64,000 bases of DNA, taken from contig CBDCWC010000002.1 of assembly GCA_965223295.1 (NCBI GenBank), positions 576,001 through 640,000 of the forward strand. Reading direction: 5' to 3'. Positions within the stretch are counted from its first letter, which is position 1. Every line of letters begins with the position of its first letter. Below, one piece after another: positions 1 to 9,647 of the stretch. The notes under the pieces are model-generated. The model saw nothing but the letters and a program-made list of their open reading frames with translations. It ran no database searches and had not been told where the DNA came from. Origin of the DNA: Nitrospirales bacterium (GTDB lineage: Bacteria; Nitrospirota; Nitrospiria; Nitrospirales; UBA8639). The translations under genes and the position numbers were made by a program.

Positions 1-73
1 TTTTGGTCTTCTGTCCAGGGTTGCTTAAGCTGACTCAAGTCGAACATTCGATCGACTGAAAACCAGTCTGCGT

Positions 74-751
74 TTAAGAAAGCATAGCGTGGTTTTCAAA
101 GGTTAAGGTTCGCGCCGTGACTTCTCCATCTTCATACGAAAGAATACGCCGCGTTGCTGGAAGGTCAGACTTTCCTATTCGAACATGCGTATCCGAGAAG
201 CTGTCAACGTTTTTCAGTGAGCGATCTTTTGGGGAGAAATAGTAAACCGTATATCGCGTCGTCAGATGCTGGTTATCCTGAGTCATTGCGCTATCTTCTA
301 CGTTGATAGTAAATGCGGCTTGAGGCATGTTTCGATTGATTTGAGTAATGCGGTTGTCTTTGATTCTATACCAAGAACCCATCCCGTCTCCATGAATGTT
401 AATCCGCTGTCCAAGTGGATGTGTTTCTTCCCCGCCTAACGTCAAGGTGTATTTCCCATCAGACTCTTGAAAGTTTCTGGGACCGCGATGGACGGCGATC
501 ATCCCAATTTGGTTTTGGGCCCAGGCTTGGAGATCGGCGTCATCAATTGCCACGACGACATCTCGCGGCCCTTTCACCGTAACCGTGCCCTTGGTTTCTT
601 TTCCGTTCACATTGACTCGTAAATCAGCTTGAAACCCTTTGAAGTCCTGTTGCCAACGAGACGTCTTGGCAAAGGCCGTTTGAAGGAGGTCTCGAGCTTT
701 TGGGTCGTCTTGAATGTCCGTATGTTGTTCTTCCTGGATGTCTGTTTTCAT
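74..751 (-). CDS. DUF3386-like hypothetical protein
   Basis: 225-aa ORF with RBS-like AGGA upstream; motifs (W..DF.GF.ADL, HR..R.F, YRIKDNRITQINR) recalled as DUF3386; not searched. Confidence 0.7.
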   Translation of the reverse strand: MKTDIQEEQHTDIQDDPKARDLLQTAFAKTSRWQQDFKGFQADLRVNVNGKETKGTVTVKGPRDVVVAIDDADLQAWAQNQIGMIAVHRGPRNFQESDGKYTLTLGGEETHPLGQRINIHGDGMGSWYRIKDNRITQINRNMPQAAFTINVEDSAMTQDNQHLTTRYTVYYFSPKDRSLKNVDSFSDTHVRIGKSDLPATRRILSYEDGEVTARTLTFENHAMLS

Positions 752-873
752 GATTCCTGCTCCTTAACTGCAAAAATGTGGAAGAGAGAATGAAACGTTA
801 GCACGTTAAAAATTTGTGAATGCATTATAGGGAAGTTCTTTGGGATGAACAACAAGCTCGGGGCACAAGATGA

Positions 874-889
874 TGGCATTAACTTTGCT
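874..889 (+). promoter_or_regulatory. sigma-54 (-24/-12) promoter
   Basis: TGGCATTAACTTTGCT: GG-N10-GC with TGGCA/TTGCT consensus, about 60 bp upstream of the ATG at 949. Confidence 0.65.
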
Positions 890-948
890 CGGTTTGCTGA
901 CAGGGTTATCTCTTTGACATCGGGTTGAATTTGAAAGAGGGGAACACT

Positions 949-1869
949 ATGCGTGTTTTGGTCACGGGTGGCGCTGGTTTTATCGGGTCACATTCGGTCG
1001 AACAACTCCTTGCTGCAAATATTCCTGTCAGAGTGTTGGATAATTTTTCTGCCGGATCTCGGCAGAATTTGCCGACTCATTCTCTTTTAGAAATTCAAGA
1101 GGGTGATATCCGTGATGACCAAGCGGTGCAGAGAGCCATGGAGGATATTTCGCATGTCCTGCATTTGGCGGCTCAGGTATCTGTTCAGGCCTCTGTCGAA
1201 AGCCCTACTCTGTCTTGTTCCATAAACATTGGAGGTTTTGTGAATGTGCTTCAAGCCGCACGTACCTTTCGCGTACAACGAATGGTGTATGCCTCTAGTG
1301 CTGCGGTCTACGGCCAGCCCCAACGGTTACCACTCTCCGAAGACGATAATGCCTTACCTTGTTCCCCCTATGGTTTAGAAAAACTTATCAATGATCAATA
1401 TGCCGCATTATTCGCACAAGAGTTTGGATTATCATTGTTAGGGTTACGGTATTTTAATGTGTTCGGCCCACGGCAAGATCCTCGATCCCATTATGCCGGG
1501 GTCATCAGTAAATTTATTTCCATGATTGAGCAGCATCAACCCCTTGCAGTTTTTGGAGATGGTGAGCAAACACGGGACTTCATTTTTGTCAAAGATATTG
1601 CGAATGCCAACGTTCAGGCTCTTCAACACGAGATGACGGGCGTGTGTAATGTCGCAACGGGGAAAAGTCTCAGTTTGTTAAATCTCATTGAGGTACTGGC
1701 TCATTGTGTCGGACGTCCTTTAGAAATTGTGCAACGACCGGCCCGCTTGGGTGATATTCCTTTTTCAGAAGCTCATGTTGCCCGGCTAGACTCATTAATT
1801 GATATGAAGAAAATGACTGACCTTAAAGATGGTTTGCAAGCTTTACTTCAAGAAGCCATGAGCCTTTAG
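949..1869 (+). CDS. NAD-dependent epimerase/dehydratase (extended SDR, UDP-sugar 4-epimerase-like)
   Basis: TGGAGFIGS Rossmann motif, SSAAVYG, YGLEK (YxxxK), RYFNVFGPRQ; ATG at 949 preceded by GAGGGG. Confidence 0.9.
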   Translation: MRVLVTGGAGFIGSHSVEQLLAANIPVRVLDNFSAGSRQNLPTHSLLEIQEGDIRDDQAVQRAMEDISHVLHLAAQVSVQASVESPTLSCSINIGGFVNVLQAARTFRVQRMVYASSAAVYGQPQRLPLSEDDNALPCSPYGLEKLINDQYAALFAQEFGLSLLGLRYFNVFGPRQDPRSHYAGVISKFISMIEQHQPLAVFGDGEQTRDFIFVKDIANANVQALQHEMTGVCNVATGKSLSLLNLIEVLAHCVGRPLEIVQRPARLGDIPFSEAHVARLDSLIDMKKMTDLKDGLQALLQEAMSL

Positions 1870-2147
1870 ACCTTTGAAAACTCCTCATTGGCACACATCT
1901 GCATGTCCTTAGATATTCTGAATTCTAATAGTCTCTCTCAATCTACCAGTCTTTCAAATTGATTTGAACCTTTAAAATTAGCGTACTGCGATGTATTTTC
2001 TATCTATCGAAGCTAGTGCTGAGGATCGCGGCGTAGGTCCGTGGGTATCTACTTCGAAAGATTTTCGTAGAGACAAAAACCTCGGAGATCAAGAACGTTT
2101 TGCTAGGAACGGGCTCGTAGAGGAAACAAAAAAAAGGAAAATTTATG

Positions 2148-2348
2148 CTACGTTTCGAGATAGAGGCGAAGGGTATTTTCTTGGCCTAAGGTGACATGTC
2201 CGGTTTTACATTCTCCGCTAAGAGAGCAGGTTCGTTTAATAGCCAAGACGACGGCAGGGCTTTCATCGGATCGATAAATCACATCTTCTATGCGAATTTC
2301 TACCGCTTTTTCTTCGTCTTCTGGATCTAGGTAATCGGCATCATTCAT
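2148..2348 (-). CDS. small acidic hypothetical protein (66 aa, MNDADYLDPEDEEK...)
   Basis: internal ATG of the 2148..2501 ORF with GAGAGG RBS and a sigma-54-like promoter about 50 bp upstream. Confidence 0.45.
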   Translation of the reverse strand: MNDADYLDPEDEEKAVEIRIEDVIYRSDESPAVVLAIKRTCSLSGECKTGHVTLGQENTLRLYLET

Positions 2349-2399
2349 GGAAAACCTCTCCGTATTTGAAGCGAGTGTCTCTGTTAGGCCTAAGAATAA

Positions 2400-2414
2400 C
2401 CAAGAATTGTGCCA
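2400..2414 (-). promoter_or_regulatory. sigma-54-like promoter (imperfect -12)
   Basis: minus strand TGGCACAATTCTTGG: perfect -24 TGGCAC, correct spacing, but TTGG instead of TTGC. Confidence 0.4.
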
Positions 2415-3123
2415 TTTGAAGACTAAAAGATTTTTGAGAAAACACTCAAAAAATCGAGCTTTTTTGAGTGAAAATTTTAGAGTATGTCGAGTACTCGGCA
2501 AGGTCTACCGAGTTGCGGAAAAAATTGAATGCAGACGGAATAGTTCGAAAAACTCCTCTAGGGGGTTTCTGATAATAATGATAAGCGAATGAGAGGTCTG
2601 TATTGAGTCAAGCGCAATCATTGGATGAAAAGCTGAGAGAAACTCTTGCGTCCTGAAGTTAGGTAAGCTCTTGTAGCGGATTTTCCTATGTAGGTTTATC
2701 TGGAAACCTGATCATTTTTTCAAGAAAAAACCGAAGATTCTTGTTTAATCCTCCATGCATTCGTTTGCAGTGCAGAAATATTCTTTTGCATAAAAAGTCT
2801 AGGCAGGAATAGGGCTTGGCAATATCCTCGTAGTATCCACCGTACCAATTTGTAATCGTTTTTTTACAGTTTCTGCCCTTTATATCTCTTCTCATACTTT
2901 TTATCTTTTCATCAAGTTTTAGCTGGTTCTGTAACAAAAATTTAATTTGCATCAAGTTGTGCTTTGTTACTGATAGGGCATAAGCGTAATCATCCGTTTG
3001 GTTCTTAGTGTTTTAGAAAAATTAGGGGGTAAAGCCAGTAAACAAGTCGATATATTTTACATTTGTAGTGCCATTAAGCCGAGAAATTTGTAAATTCCTG
3101 CTTAAATCAAAAGAAAAAGCGGT

Positions 3124-3139
3124 GGGTATAAGTTATGCA
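3124..3139 (+). promoter_or_regulatory. possible sigma-54 promoter of PEP-CTERM gene
   Basis: GGGTATAAGTTATGCA has GG-N10-GC spacing about 70 bp upstream of the ATG; TTTACA motifs upstream (2863-2868, 3056-3061). Confidence 0.45.
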
Positions 3140-3207
3140 TTTTCTTTAGTGATGCTTTAATTTTTGCCATTAATAATATTGTTTATTCTAGAAAGGAGAG
3201 AATAAGC

Positions 3208-3819
3208 ATGAAACTGTCGCACTCCAAAATTTATCTCAGTGGTCTCTTTGTCTTATTACTGGCTCTGACTCCAGTTTATGCACTCGCAGACTTTATTGGG
3301 CCCTATGACGTCAGTAACTGGACGGCGTCCACCGAATTTGACGGCATCATTGATACGAGCGGTGCACCAAATTCTATTACAATAATCAGTACAGACGATG
3401 ATCCGGCTGATGGGGAGGGTTCTAGTAATCAGGATTTCACGATTATGGCTGTAGCCAATGGTCAAGTGCGGTTCACATGGGAGTCCATAACAGATGATGA
3501 CGATTTTAGTTTTGATCCTTTTGGGTATCTGTTGAATGGAAATTTCACAGAACTCACCGATTCATTTGCATTTGAGGACAGTGGAACAGCTTCATTTAAT
3601 GTGTTGACGGGAGATATCTTCGGTTTTCGTGCGCACTCCACTGATTCATGCTGTGGTGCCGCAACGACTATTATTTCCGGTTTTTCAGGCCCAATTGGAG
3701 ATACTGATCCAGGGCCTGGCCCCGGCCCGGCGATTCCTGAGCCATCGACCATTCTGCTATTGGGTTCGGGTTTGATTGGACTTGGTGCCTGGCGCATGAA
3801 GAATAGCTCTTCAGTCTAG
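3208..3819 (+). CDS. PEP-CTERM sorting domain protein
   Basis: signal peptide, acidic body, PGPGPGP linker, C-terminal IPEPSTILLLGSGLIGLGAWRMK; AAGGAG RBS. Confidence 0.9.
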   Translation: MKLSHSKIYLSGLFVLLLALTPVYALADFIGPYDVSNWTASTEFDGIIDTSGAPNSITIISTDDDPADGEGSSNQDFTIMAVANGQVRFTWESITDDDDFSFDPFGYLLNGNFTELTDSFAFEDSGTASFNVLTGDIFGFRAHSTDSCCGAATTIISGFSGPIGDTDPGPGPGPAIPEPSTILLLGSGLIGLGAWRMKNSSSV

Positions 3820-3858
3820 TGCTTCGTTAACCCTTTCAATTGTTCTTATAAAGACGAT

Positions 3859-3894
3859 AAAACCCGTTTTCCTAATATTAGGAAAACGGGTTTT
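3859..3894. terminator. bidirectional intrinsic terminator (perfect 36-bp palindrome)
   Basis: AAAACCCGTTTTCCTAAT|ATTAGGAAAACGGGTTTT between convergent PEP-CTERM gene and trpA. Confidence 0.75.
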
Positions 3895-3938
3895 TCATAT
3901 GCGGAGATAGATCTTTTTCGCAACTACCAAATCTACCA

Positions 3939-4748
3939 TCAATTCTTTGAAGAAACCGCTGCTTTGAGGTTCCTGATAAGCCTTTTGATATTGAGGAGAA
4001 AATTATTATCTTGATGCTGTTCAGCAATGGTGCGAACGAGAGCGCTGCCGATGATTACGCCATCGGCAAATTGCGCGACGTTGCGGGCTTGCTCTGGAGT
4101 TGAAATGCCAAAGCCGACAGCGACAGGCTTTTTCGCTATTTTTTGAATAGCGGACACATTCTTTTTGACTTGGTTGAAATTGGTAATTTGCGAGCCGGTA
4201 ATACCAGTCAGGGACACATAATATATAAACCCATGTGTACGTGAGATGACGTCTTTTCGTCGCTGAGGAGTGCTCGTTGGCGCCAAGAGAAAAATGATTG
4301 TGGGACCACCCGTTTCCATTGTTGCCTCATAGAGCGCATCAGATTCCTCCGGCGGAAGATCTGGCACAATCACCCCGTCTACTCCTACCGCAACTGCCTC
4401 ATCGCAGAACTTCTCTAAACCCATATTAAGAATGGTGTTGTAATAGGCCATGAAGATAAGGGGGACTTGGGTCTTGGTTCGCAGCGATCGAACAGTCGAA
4501 AAAATTTTCTTGAGAGTTGTTCCTGCATGAAGCGAACGTTCAGCCGCTTGTTGTATGACCGGACCATCGGCGATAGGATCTGAAAACGGCACGCCCAGTT
4601 CAATGAGATCCGCCCCACCATCGGCCAATGTCAAGACGAGTGATTCCGTCATCTCTAAAGAAGGATCTCCTGCCATGATATACGGGATAAGAGCTTTTTC
4701 TCCTTTAGTTTTTAAAAAGTCAAAGGTATGTTGAATGCAATTAGTCAT
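3939..4748 (-). CDS. trpA: tryptophan synthase alpha chain
   Basis: ELGVPFSDPIADGPVIQ, YYVSLTGITG, VGFGIS motifs; trp cluster. Confidence 0.97.
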   Translation of the reverse strand: MTNCIQHTFDFLKTKGEKALIPYIMAGDPSLEMTESLVLTLADGGADLIELGVPFSDPIADGPVIQQAAERSLHAGTTLKKIFSTVRSLRTKTQVPLIFMAYYNTILNMGLEKFCDEAVAVGVDGVIVPDLPPEESDALYEATMETGGPTIIFLLAPTSTPQRRKDVISRTHGFIYYVSLTGITGSQITNFNQVKKNVSAIQKIAKKPVAVGFGISTPEQARNVAQFADGVIIGSALVRTIAEQHQDNNFLLNIKRLIRNLKAAVSSKN

Positions 4749-4789
4749 GGTAATTGTTTAGTACCTTGAGGCTTCTACCTTGCCTCAAT

Positions 4790-4810
4790 CCTCTCCTTAC
4801 AAAGGAGAGG
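4790..4810. repeat. short REP-like palindrome
   Basis: CCTCTCCTT-ACA-AAGGAGAGG between trpB and trpA; similar degenerate element at 38910-38943. Confidence 0.4.
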
Positions 4811-4815
4811 AAGTC

Positions 4816-6009
4816 CTAGAGAGGGATGCCGCGCATCCTAGCGATTTGCTGCACGTCTTTATCGCCACGGCCAGAAAGATTCACTAAGAGAATCTGATTT
4901 TTCTTCATGGTTGGAGCGAGTTTGATCACTTCTGCTATCGCATGTGAGCTTTCTAACGCAGGAATGATGCCTTCTTCCTGAGACAACAAGTCAAACGCCA
5001 CAAGAGCTTCCTTATCAGTCACCGAGGTATACTGGATGCGTCCGGAGTCATGATAGAAGCTATGCTCTGGTCCTACCGCGGGATAATCCAAGCCTGCCGA
5101 AACAGAATGCGTTAAATTGATTTGGCCATCTTGATCTTGCAGGAGATAGGTCATCGTGCCATGCAACACTCCTGGCCGTCCTCCAGAAAAACGGGCGGCA
5201 TGCTTGCCGCTCTTGATGCCATGTCCGCCAGCTTCCACTCCCACCATTTTTACCGTCGTATCTTTTACGAAAGGATAAAAAAGTCCCATACTATTGCTTC
5301 CTCCGCCCACACAGGCTACCAGACAATGAGGAAGCCGCCCTTCTTGCTTGATAATTTGTTTCCGGGCTTCTCGGCCAATAATCGATTGGAAATCACGAAT
5401 CATCATGGGGTAGGGATGGGCTCCCAGCACAGAACCCAAGAGATAATGCGTCGTCGCAACATTGGTTGTCCAATCCCGCATGGCTTCGCTAATCGCATCT
5501 TTTAATGTTCGGCTGCCAGCATCGACACCTGTTACTTTTGACCCGAGTAATCGCATTCTGAATACATTGAGCGCCTGGCGCTCCATATCTTCCGTCCCCA
5601 TATAAATTTCAGCGTCGAGGCCAAACATCGCGGCAACTGTTGCCACAGCCACGCCATGCTGTCCAGCCCCTGTTTCGGCAATAACCCGTTTCTTTTTCAT
5701 ACGGCGTGTAAGCAGCGCTTGGCCAACCGTATTATTAATTTTGTGTGCTCCCGTATGGCAGAGGTCTTCTCGTTTTAGATAAATTTTAGCGCCACCCAAA
5801 GTTTTTGTGAGACGTTCGGCAAAATAGAGAGGCGTGGGACGGCCCACAAAATTTTTCAGACAGGTCTGAAACTCTTCTTGAAAACGTTTGTCGCGCTTAA
5901 TCTTGTGATACGCCTGATCAAGCTCATGAATAGCAGGCATCAGGGTTTCGGGGACATACATGCCGCCGAATTGCCCAAAACGCCCATATTTATCTGGAGA
6001 GGTTGCCAT
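4816..6009 (-). CDS. trpB: tryptophan synthase beta chain
   Basis: [15 protein letters not shown] (PLP lysine), [23 protein letters not shown]; start moved to ATG 6009 ([12 protein letters not shown]). Confidence 0.97.
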   Translation of the reverse strand: MATSPDKYGRFGQFGGMYVPETLMPAIHELDQAYHKIKRDKRFQEEFQTCLKNFVGRPTPLYFAERLTKTLGGAKIYLKREDLCHTGAHKINNTVGQALLTRRMKKKRVIAETGAGQHGVAVATVAAMFGLDAEIYMGTEDMERQALNVFRMRLLGSKVTGVDAGSRTLKDAISEAMRDWTTNVATTHYLLGSVLGAHPYPMMIRDFQSIIGREARKQIIKQEGRLPHCLVACVGGGSNSMGLFYPFVKDTTVKMVGVEAGGHGIKSGKHAARFSGGRPGVLHGTMTYLLQDQDGQINLTHSVSAGLDYPAVGPEHSFYHDSGRIQYTSVTDKEALVAFDLLSQEEGIIPALESSHAIAEVIKLAPTMKKNQILLVNLSGRGDKDVQQIARMRGIPL

Positions 6010-6061
6010 GTTGAGGAAAAAATCGAAAATTAGAAAAGAGGAGAGTATAGCGACGCCATGG

Positions 6062-6706
6062 CTAACACTCAAGACGAACTGCTTGAGTGAATGCGCGAAT
6101 TTTGTTGTGATCTTTTTTGCCTGGACGTACTTCCACACCGCTGTTCACGTCCACGCCATACGGCTGCACCTGTTGAATGGCTTCTTGGACATTGTTTGGC
6201 GTGAGACCTCCTGCCAGGAGAATGGGGACGGTTTTCGCGACTTCGCGGGCCAAGGACCAATCCACGGTTTGCCCTGTGCCTCCATAGGCTTCTGATGAAA
6301 AAGCATCGATGACAAATCCTCTGATGCCCATTCGGCCTTTATATTCTGCGAATGCAAGCAAACTTCCATGATCCCGTAAGCGAAGGGCTCGTAACACTGG
6401 TCTTCCGAGTGACTCGCAAAATGCGGGTGCTTCATCGCCATGGAGTTGGGCAAAGGCTAAACCGCATTCATCGACGATTGCTCTGATCGTGTTCGGATCG
6501 TGATTGACAAAAACCCCAATAGCTAAGACAAACGGCGGAAGTTGAGCAATAATTCGCCGAGCGACAGCAGGTTCTATATAACGGGGACTTTTCGCATAAA
6601 ATACAAAGCCCAACGCATCGGCTCCTGCGTCAATGGCCACTGTGGCATCGTCCAGATTGGTAATCCCGCAGATTTTAATTTTCATGGACATGGAGCGATT
6701 ATTCAT
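6062..6706 (-). CDS. trpF: phosphoribosylanthranilate isomerase
   Basis: [26 protein letters not shown]; true start may be 6691 or 6685. Confidence 0.95.
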   Translation of the reverse strand: MNNRSMSMKIKICGITNLDDATVAIDAGADALGFVFYAKSPRYIEPAVARRIIAQLPPFVLAIGVFVNHDPNTIRAIVDECGLAFAQLHGDEAPAFCESLGRPVLRALRLRDHGSLLAFAEYKGRMGIRGFVIDAFSSEAYGGTGQTVDWSLAREVAKTVPILLAGGLTPNNVQEAIQQVQPYGVDVNSGVEVRPGKKDHNKIRAFTQAVRLEC

Positions 6707-6713
6707 GAAATAG

Positions 6714-6738
6714 GTATTCCCATAAAAATGGGAATCCA
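6714..6738 (+). repeat. degenerate REP-like palindrome (left partner)
   Basis: GTATTCCCATAAAAATGGGAATCCA, resembling the GTCATTCCCGCG..CGGGAATCCA repeat type; inverted partner at 6947-6972. Confidence 0.5.
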
Positions 6739-6751
6739 GGATTATCTTTTT

Positions 6752-6942
6752 GGGGAGTGTTGAATAATGACTATATCAAAAGCCATATTTCGTCAGGAAG
6801 CTCTTGACGATCAACAATGTCGGGGCTGTTCAAAAAGTCCGTTCAGCAAGGCCGCAGCCGTTGTTGCGCGCGGAGCGTACTGCCAGTACGTGAGTACGGA
6901 AAAATGGCGAGAACGCCGCTGATGGCTTTTTTCAACAGACCC
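6752..6942 (-). mobile_element. MITE family A copy 1 (191 bp)
   Basis: ends GGGAGTGTTGAA...TTCAACAGACCC; flanked by TTTTT direct repeat (6747-6751/6943-6947); homologous to four other copies. Confidence 0.85.
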
Positions 6943-6946
6943 TTTT

Positions 6947-6972
6947 TGCATACCCGCCTTCGCGGGTATGAC
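6947..6972 (-). repeat. REP-like palindrome (right partner)
   Basis: minus strand GTCATACCCGCGAAGGCGGGTATGCA hairpin. Confidence 0.6.
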
Positions 6973-7033
6973 GTGAAGATAAAAGTAAATCTTGAACAAT
7001 GGATTTCTTATCGATTGATGCTGAAAGGAACAA

Positions 7034-7879
7034 TCACACCCAACGAGTTTCAGTAGGTTGCTTGTTTGAAGTCGTTGGCATGGGGAGTAACTCCTTGATT
7101 TTTTCTTCAATGGAGTGAGCCCGAAGCAGAGATTCGCCAATGAGCATGGCCTGCGCGCCGGCTTCTGAAATTCTCACGACATCTTCACGTTTATGAATGC
7201 CGCTTTCACTCACGATAAGTTTGTCCGCAGGAATCCTTTTGCCTAATCGTTCTGTCACGCCCAAATCAGTAGAAAATGTTTTAAGGTCACGATTATTGAT
7301 ACCGATTAGCTTAGCTTGAGGAATTCGTTCAAGGACAATGTCTAGCTCTTGTTCATTATGCGTTTCAATGAGAACATCCATGTTGAGCTCTGTCGCCAGA
7401 ACAAAAAAATCTTCAAGCTGAATGCGATCCAACCCTGCCACAATCAATAATACACAATCCGCGCCATAAGCGCGGGCTTCGTAAAATTGGATGTCCCCTA
7501 CCATAAATTCTTTATTAAGGGTGGGAAGATTTACCGAATCTTTGACTGATGTTAGAAATTCCAAGCTGCCTTGAAAGAATTCCTGATCGGTAAGGACAGA
7601 AAGAGCATGAGCCCCAGCGTCACGGTACCTGGTCGCAATAGCGACCGGGTCAAATCGACCCTGAAATTCTTGACGCATGAGACCCTGACTGGGTGAGGCT
7701 CTTTTGACTTCGGCAATTAAGGCTGGGCTTCCTGTTTCACTGTGAGCTTCGAGGGCGTTGATGAATCCTAAGGAAGCCGGTTGATCGGCAATACGAGTTT
7801 TCATACTTGACAGATAGCCACGGCTTTGCTTCCGGCGCAATTCTGCTTTTTTATGTTCTAAAATTCGTGAAAGAATCAT
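7034..7879 (-). CDS. trpC: indole-3-glycerol phosphate synthase
   Basis: IAEVKRASPS, LSVLTD, IGINNRDL, VSESGI. Confidence 0.96.
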   Translation of the reverse strand: MILSRILEHKKAELRRKQSRGYLSSMKTRIADQPASLGFINALEAHSETGSPALIAEVKRASPSQGLMRQEFQGRFDPVAIATRYRDAGAHALSVLTDQEFFQGSLEFLTSVKDSVNLPTLNKEFMVGDIQFYEARAYGADCVLLIVAGLDRIQLEDFFVLATELNMDVLIETHNEQELDIVLERIPQAKLIGINNRDLKTFSTDLGVTERLGKRIPADKLIVSESGIHKREDVVRISEAGAQAMLIGESLLRAHSIEEKIKELLPMPTTSNKQPTETRWV

Positions 7880-8901
7880 GTCGCAAGTTCTTTGGTGTAG
7901 GAAATAAGTTTTTCCAGTTTTTCAAATGGGGCGCCACTATCCAGAATTCGGCTCGCTTCTTCATAGCCAGCTTTCAGTGATGTTGCTTTATTGCAAGCGA
8001 CTAACGCCGGTGCGGCATTCATCAAAACAATATCTCGTTTAGGACTATGGCTTCCTCGTAAAATGTCTTGAATAATTGCCGCGTTGTCTTTTGGTGTTCC
8101 GCCCAAGAGTTCTTGAGGAGCCACTGGTTTCAATCCAAAATCTTCAGGTTTCACGACATAACTCGCGACTCGTCCATTTTTACCTTCAGCAATTGTTGTG
8201 GGGCCAGTGAGTGAAATTTCGTCTAATCCATCCATGCCATGTAAAACAAAACAATGCTGTGTTCCCAAACGCACAAGGACTTGTGCCAGCTTTTCTGTGA
8301 GGGAAGCCTCATAGACGCCTAAGATTTGAATGGTGGCACCCGCTGGATTCGATAAGGGGCCCATGATATTCATTAACGTTCGAATACCCATGTCGGCTCG
8401 GGGTTTTGCGCAATGTTTCATGGCGCCGTGGTAGAGCGGGGCAAATAAAAATCCAATGCCCACTTCATTGATGCAGTCTCCAATTTTTTGGGGAGAGAGA
8501 TCAATATTCACACCGAGGGCCGCCAATACATCGGCGCTCCCTGAACGTGAGGACACCGAGCGATTCCCATGTTTAGCTACTGTAATGCCAGCACCGGCCA
8601 CGATAAATGCCGTGGCGGTGGAAATATTAAAGGTGTGGCTGCCATCACCTCCTGTTCCACAGGTATCGACCACTTGGGGATCAGAAATAGGAACCCGGAT
8701 GGCCAGGCTTCGCATGGCTCGCACGGAACCGCTAATTTCTTCGATGGTCTCCCCCTTCATGCGCAATCCCATTAAATAGGCGGCGATCTGAGCATCAGTG
8801 GCATTCCCCGCCATGATTTCCCGCATGACCTCCTCGGCTTCTATTTCCGTCAAATCTATCCGATCGGGAAGTTTTGAGAGAATGTTTTTGAGAGCACTCA
8901 T
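7876..8901 (-). CDS. trpD: anthranilate phosphoribosyltransferase
   Basis: DTCGTGGDG, NISTA, KHGNRSVSSRSGSAD, GLDEIS. Confidence 0.97.
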   Translation of the reverse strand: MSALKNILSKLPDRIDLTEIEAEEVMREIMAGNATDAQIAAYLMGLRMKGETIEEISGSVRAMRSLAIRVPISDPQVVDTCGTGGDGSHTFNISTATAFIVAGAGITVAKHGNRSVSSRSGSADVLAALGVNIDLSPQKIGDCINEVGIGFLFAPLYHGAMKHCAKPRADMGIRTLMNIMGPLSNPAGATIQILGVYEASLTEKLAQVLVRLGTQHCFVLHGMDGLDEISLTGPTTIAEGKNGRVASYVVKPEDFGLKPVAPQELLGGTPKDNAAIIQDILRGSHSPKRDIVLMNAAPALVACNKATSLKAGYEEASRILDSGAPFEKLEKLISYTKELAT

Positions 8902-8941
8902 AAATTGATATTCCTTTGGCGTACTCGTTGTCGAAATCGAC

Positions 8942-9529
8942 TTATCTGTGGAGAGACGTGGGAGTAGGAAAGGTTAAAAAATTTTTCAGCAGATTCATTC
9001 CGGCTTTCGTCAAAATGGATTCGGGATGGAATTGTACGCCTTCTGCTCCAGTGGGCAAGTGCCGAAGTCCCATGATCTCGCCTTCCACTGTTTCCGCAGA
9101 GACTTCGAAGTCATCTGGCAATGTTTCTGGGTTTACGATGAGTGAATGATAGCGCGTGGCTTCAAACGGATTCGGTAAACCGTGAAAAATTGTCTTGCCG
9201 TCATGATGGACCATGGAGGTTTTGCCATGCATGAGGCGATCAGCCTGCACAATTTGTCCGCCGAACGCATAGGCCAATGACTGATGCCCGAGACACACTC
9301 CAAATAACGGAAGTTTCCCTGCATACTGTTTAATAGCTTCAACCGAGATCCCTGCCTCTCGAGGGGTGCAGGGTCCGGGAGAAATCAAGAGTTGGTCTGG
9401 TGCCAATCGTTCAATATCCTCAGTCGTGAGCTTGTCATTGCGAATGACCTGCACGTCGGCACCCAGTTCCCCCAAATATTGTACGAGGTTATAGGTAAAC
9501 GAATCGTAATTGTCGATGACTAGAATCAT
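8942..9529 (-). CDS. trpG: anthranilate synthase component II (glutamine amidotransferase)
   Basis: [28 protein letters not shown]. Confidence 0.95.
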   Translation of the reverse strand: MILVIDNYDSFTYNLVQYLGELGADVQVIRNDKLTTEDIERLAPDQLLISPGPCTPREAGISVEAIKQYAGKLPLFGVCLGHQSLAYAFGGQIVQADRLMHGKTSMVHHDGKTIFHGLPNPFEATRYHSLIVNPETLPDDFEVSAETVEGEIMGLRHLPTGAEGVQFHPESILTKAGMNLLKNFLTFPTPTSLHR

Positions 9530-9647
9530 GGTAAAAAGTTAGGTGTGAATAGTAGGGGGAGAGGGGTAGAAAAATCTCAGAGTCTTATGATCGTTCGAAT
9601 CAGAGCTGTTCTTTACCTGACTCCTTACTTTTTACTCCTCACGGATT

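Noticed and set aside
1888-1904. sigma-54-like TTGGCACACATCTGCAT
   Set aside because: GG-to-GC spacing is 9 nt, not the required 10
2686-2955. AT-rich ORFs 2686..2955 and 2347..2592
   Set aside because: Lys/Arg/Phe-biased, TTG start or no RBS, no motifs; more likely regulatory DNA
6811-7140. Short ORFs over repeats (6811..7140, 6817..7056, 27720..27938, 27749..28030, 49525..49767, 49613..49984)
   Set aside because: They are translations of MITE/REP sequence or antisense to real genes
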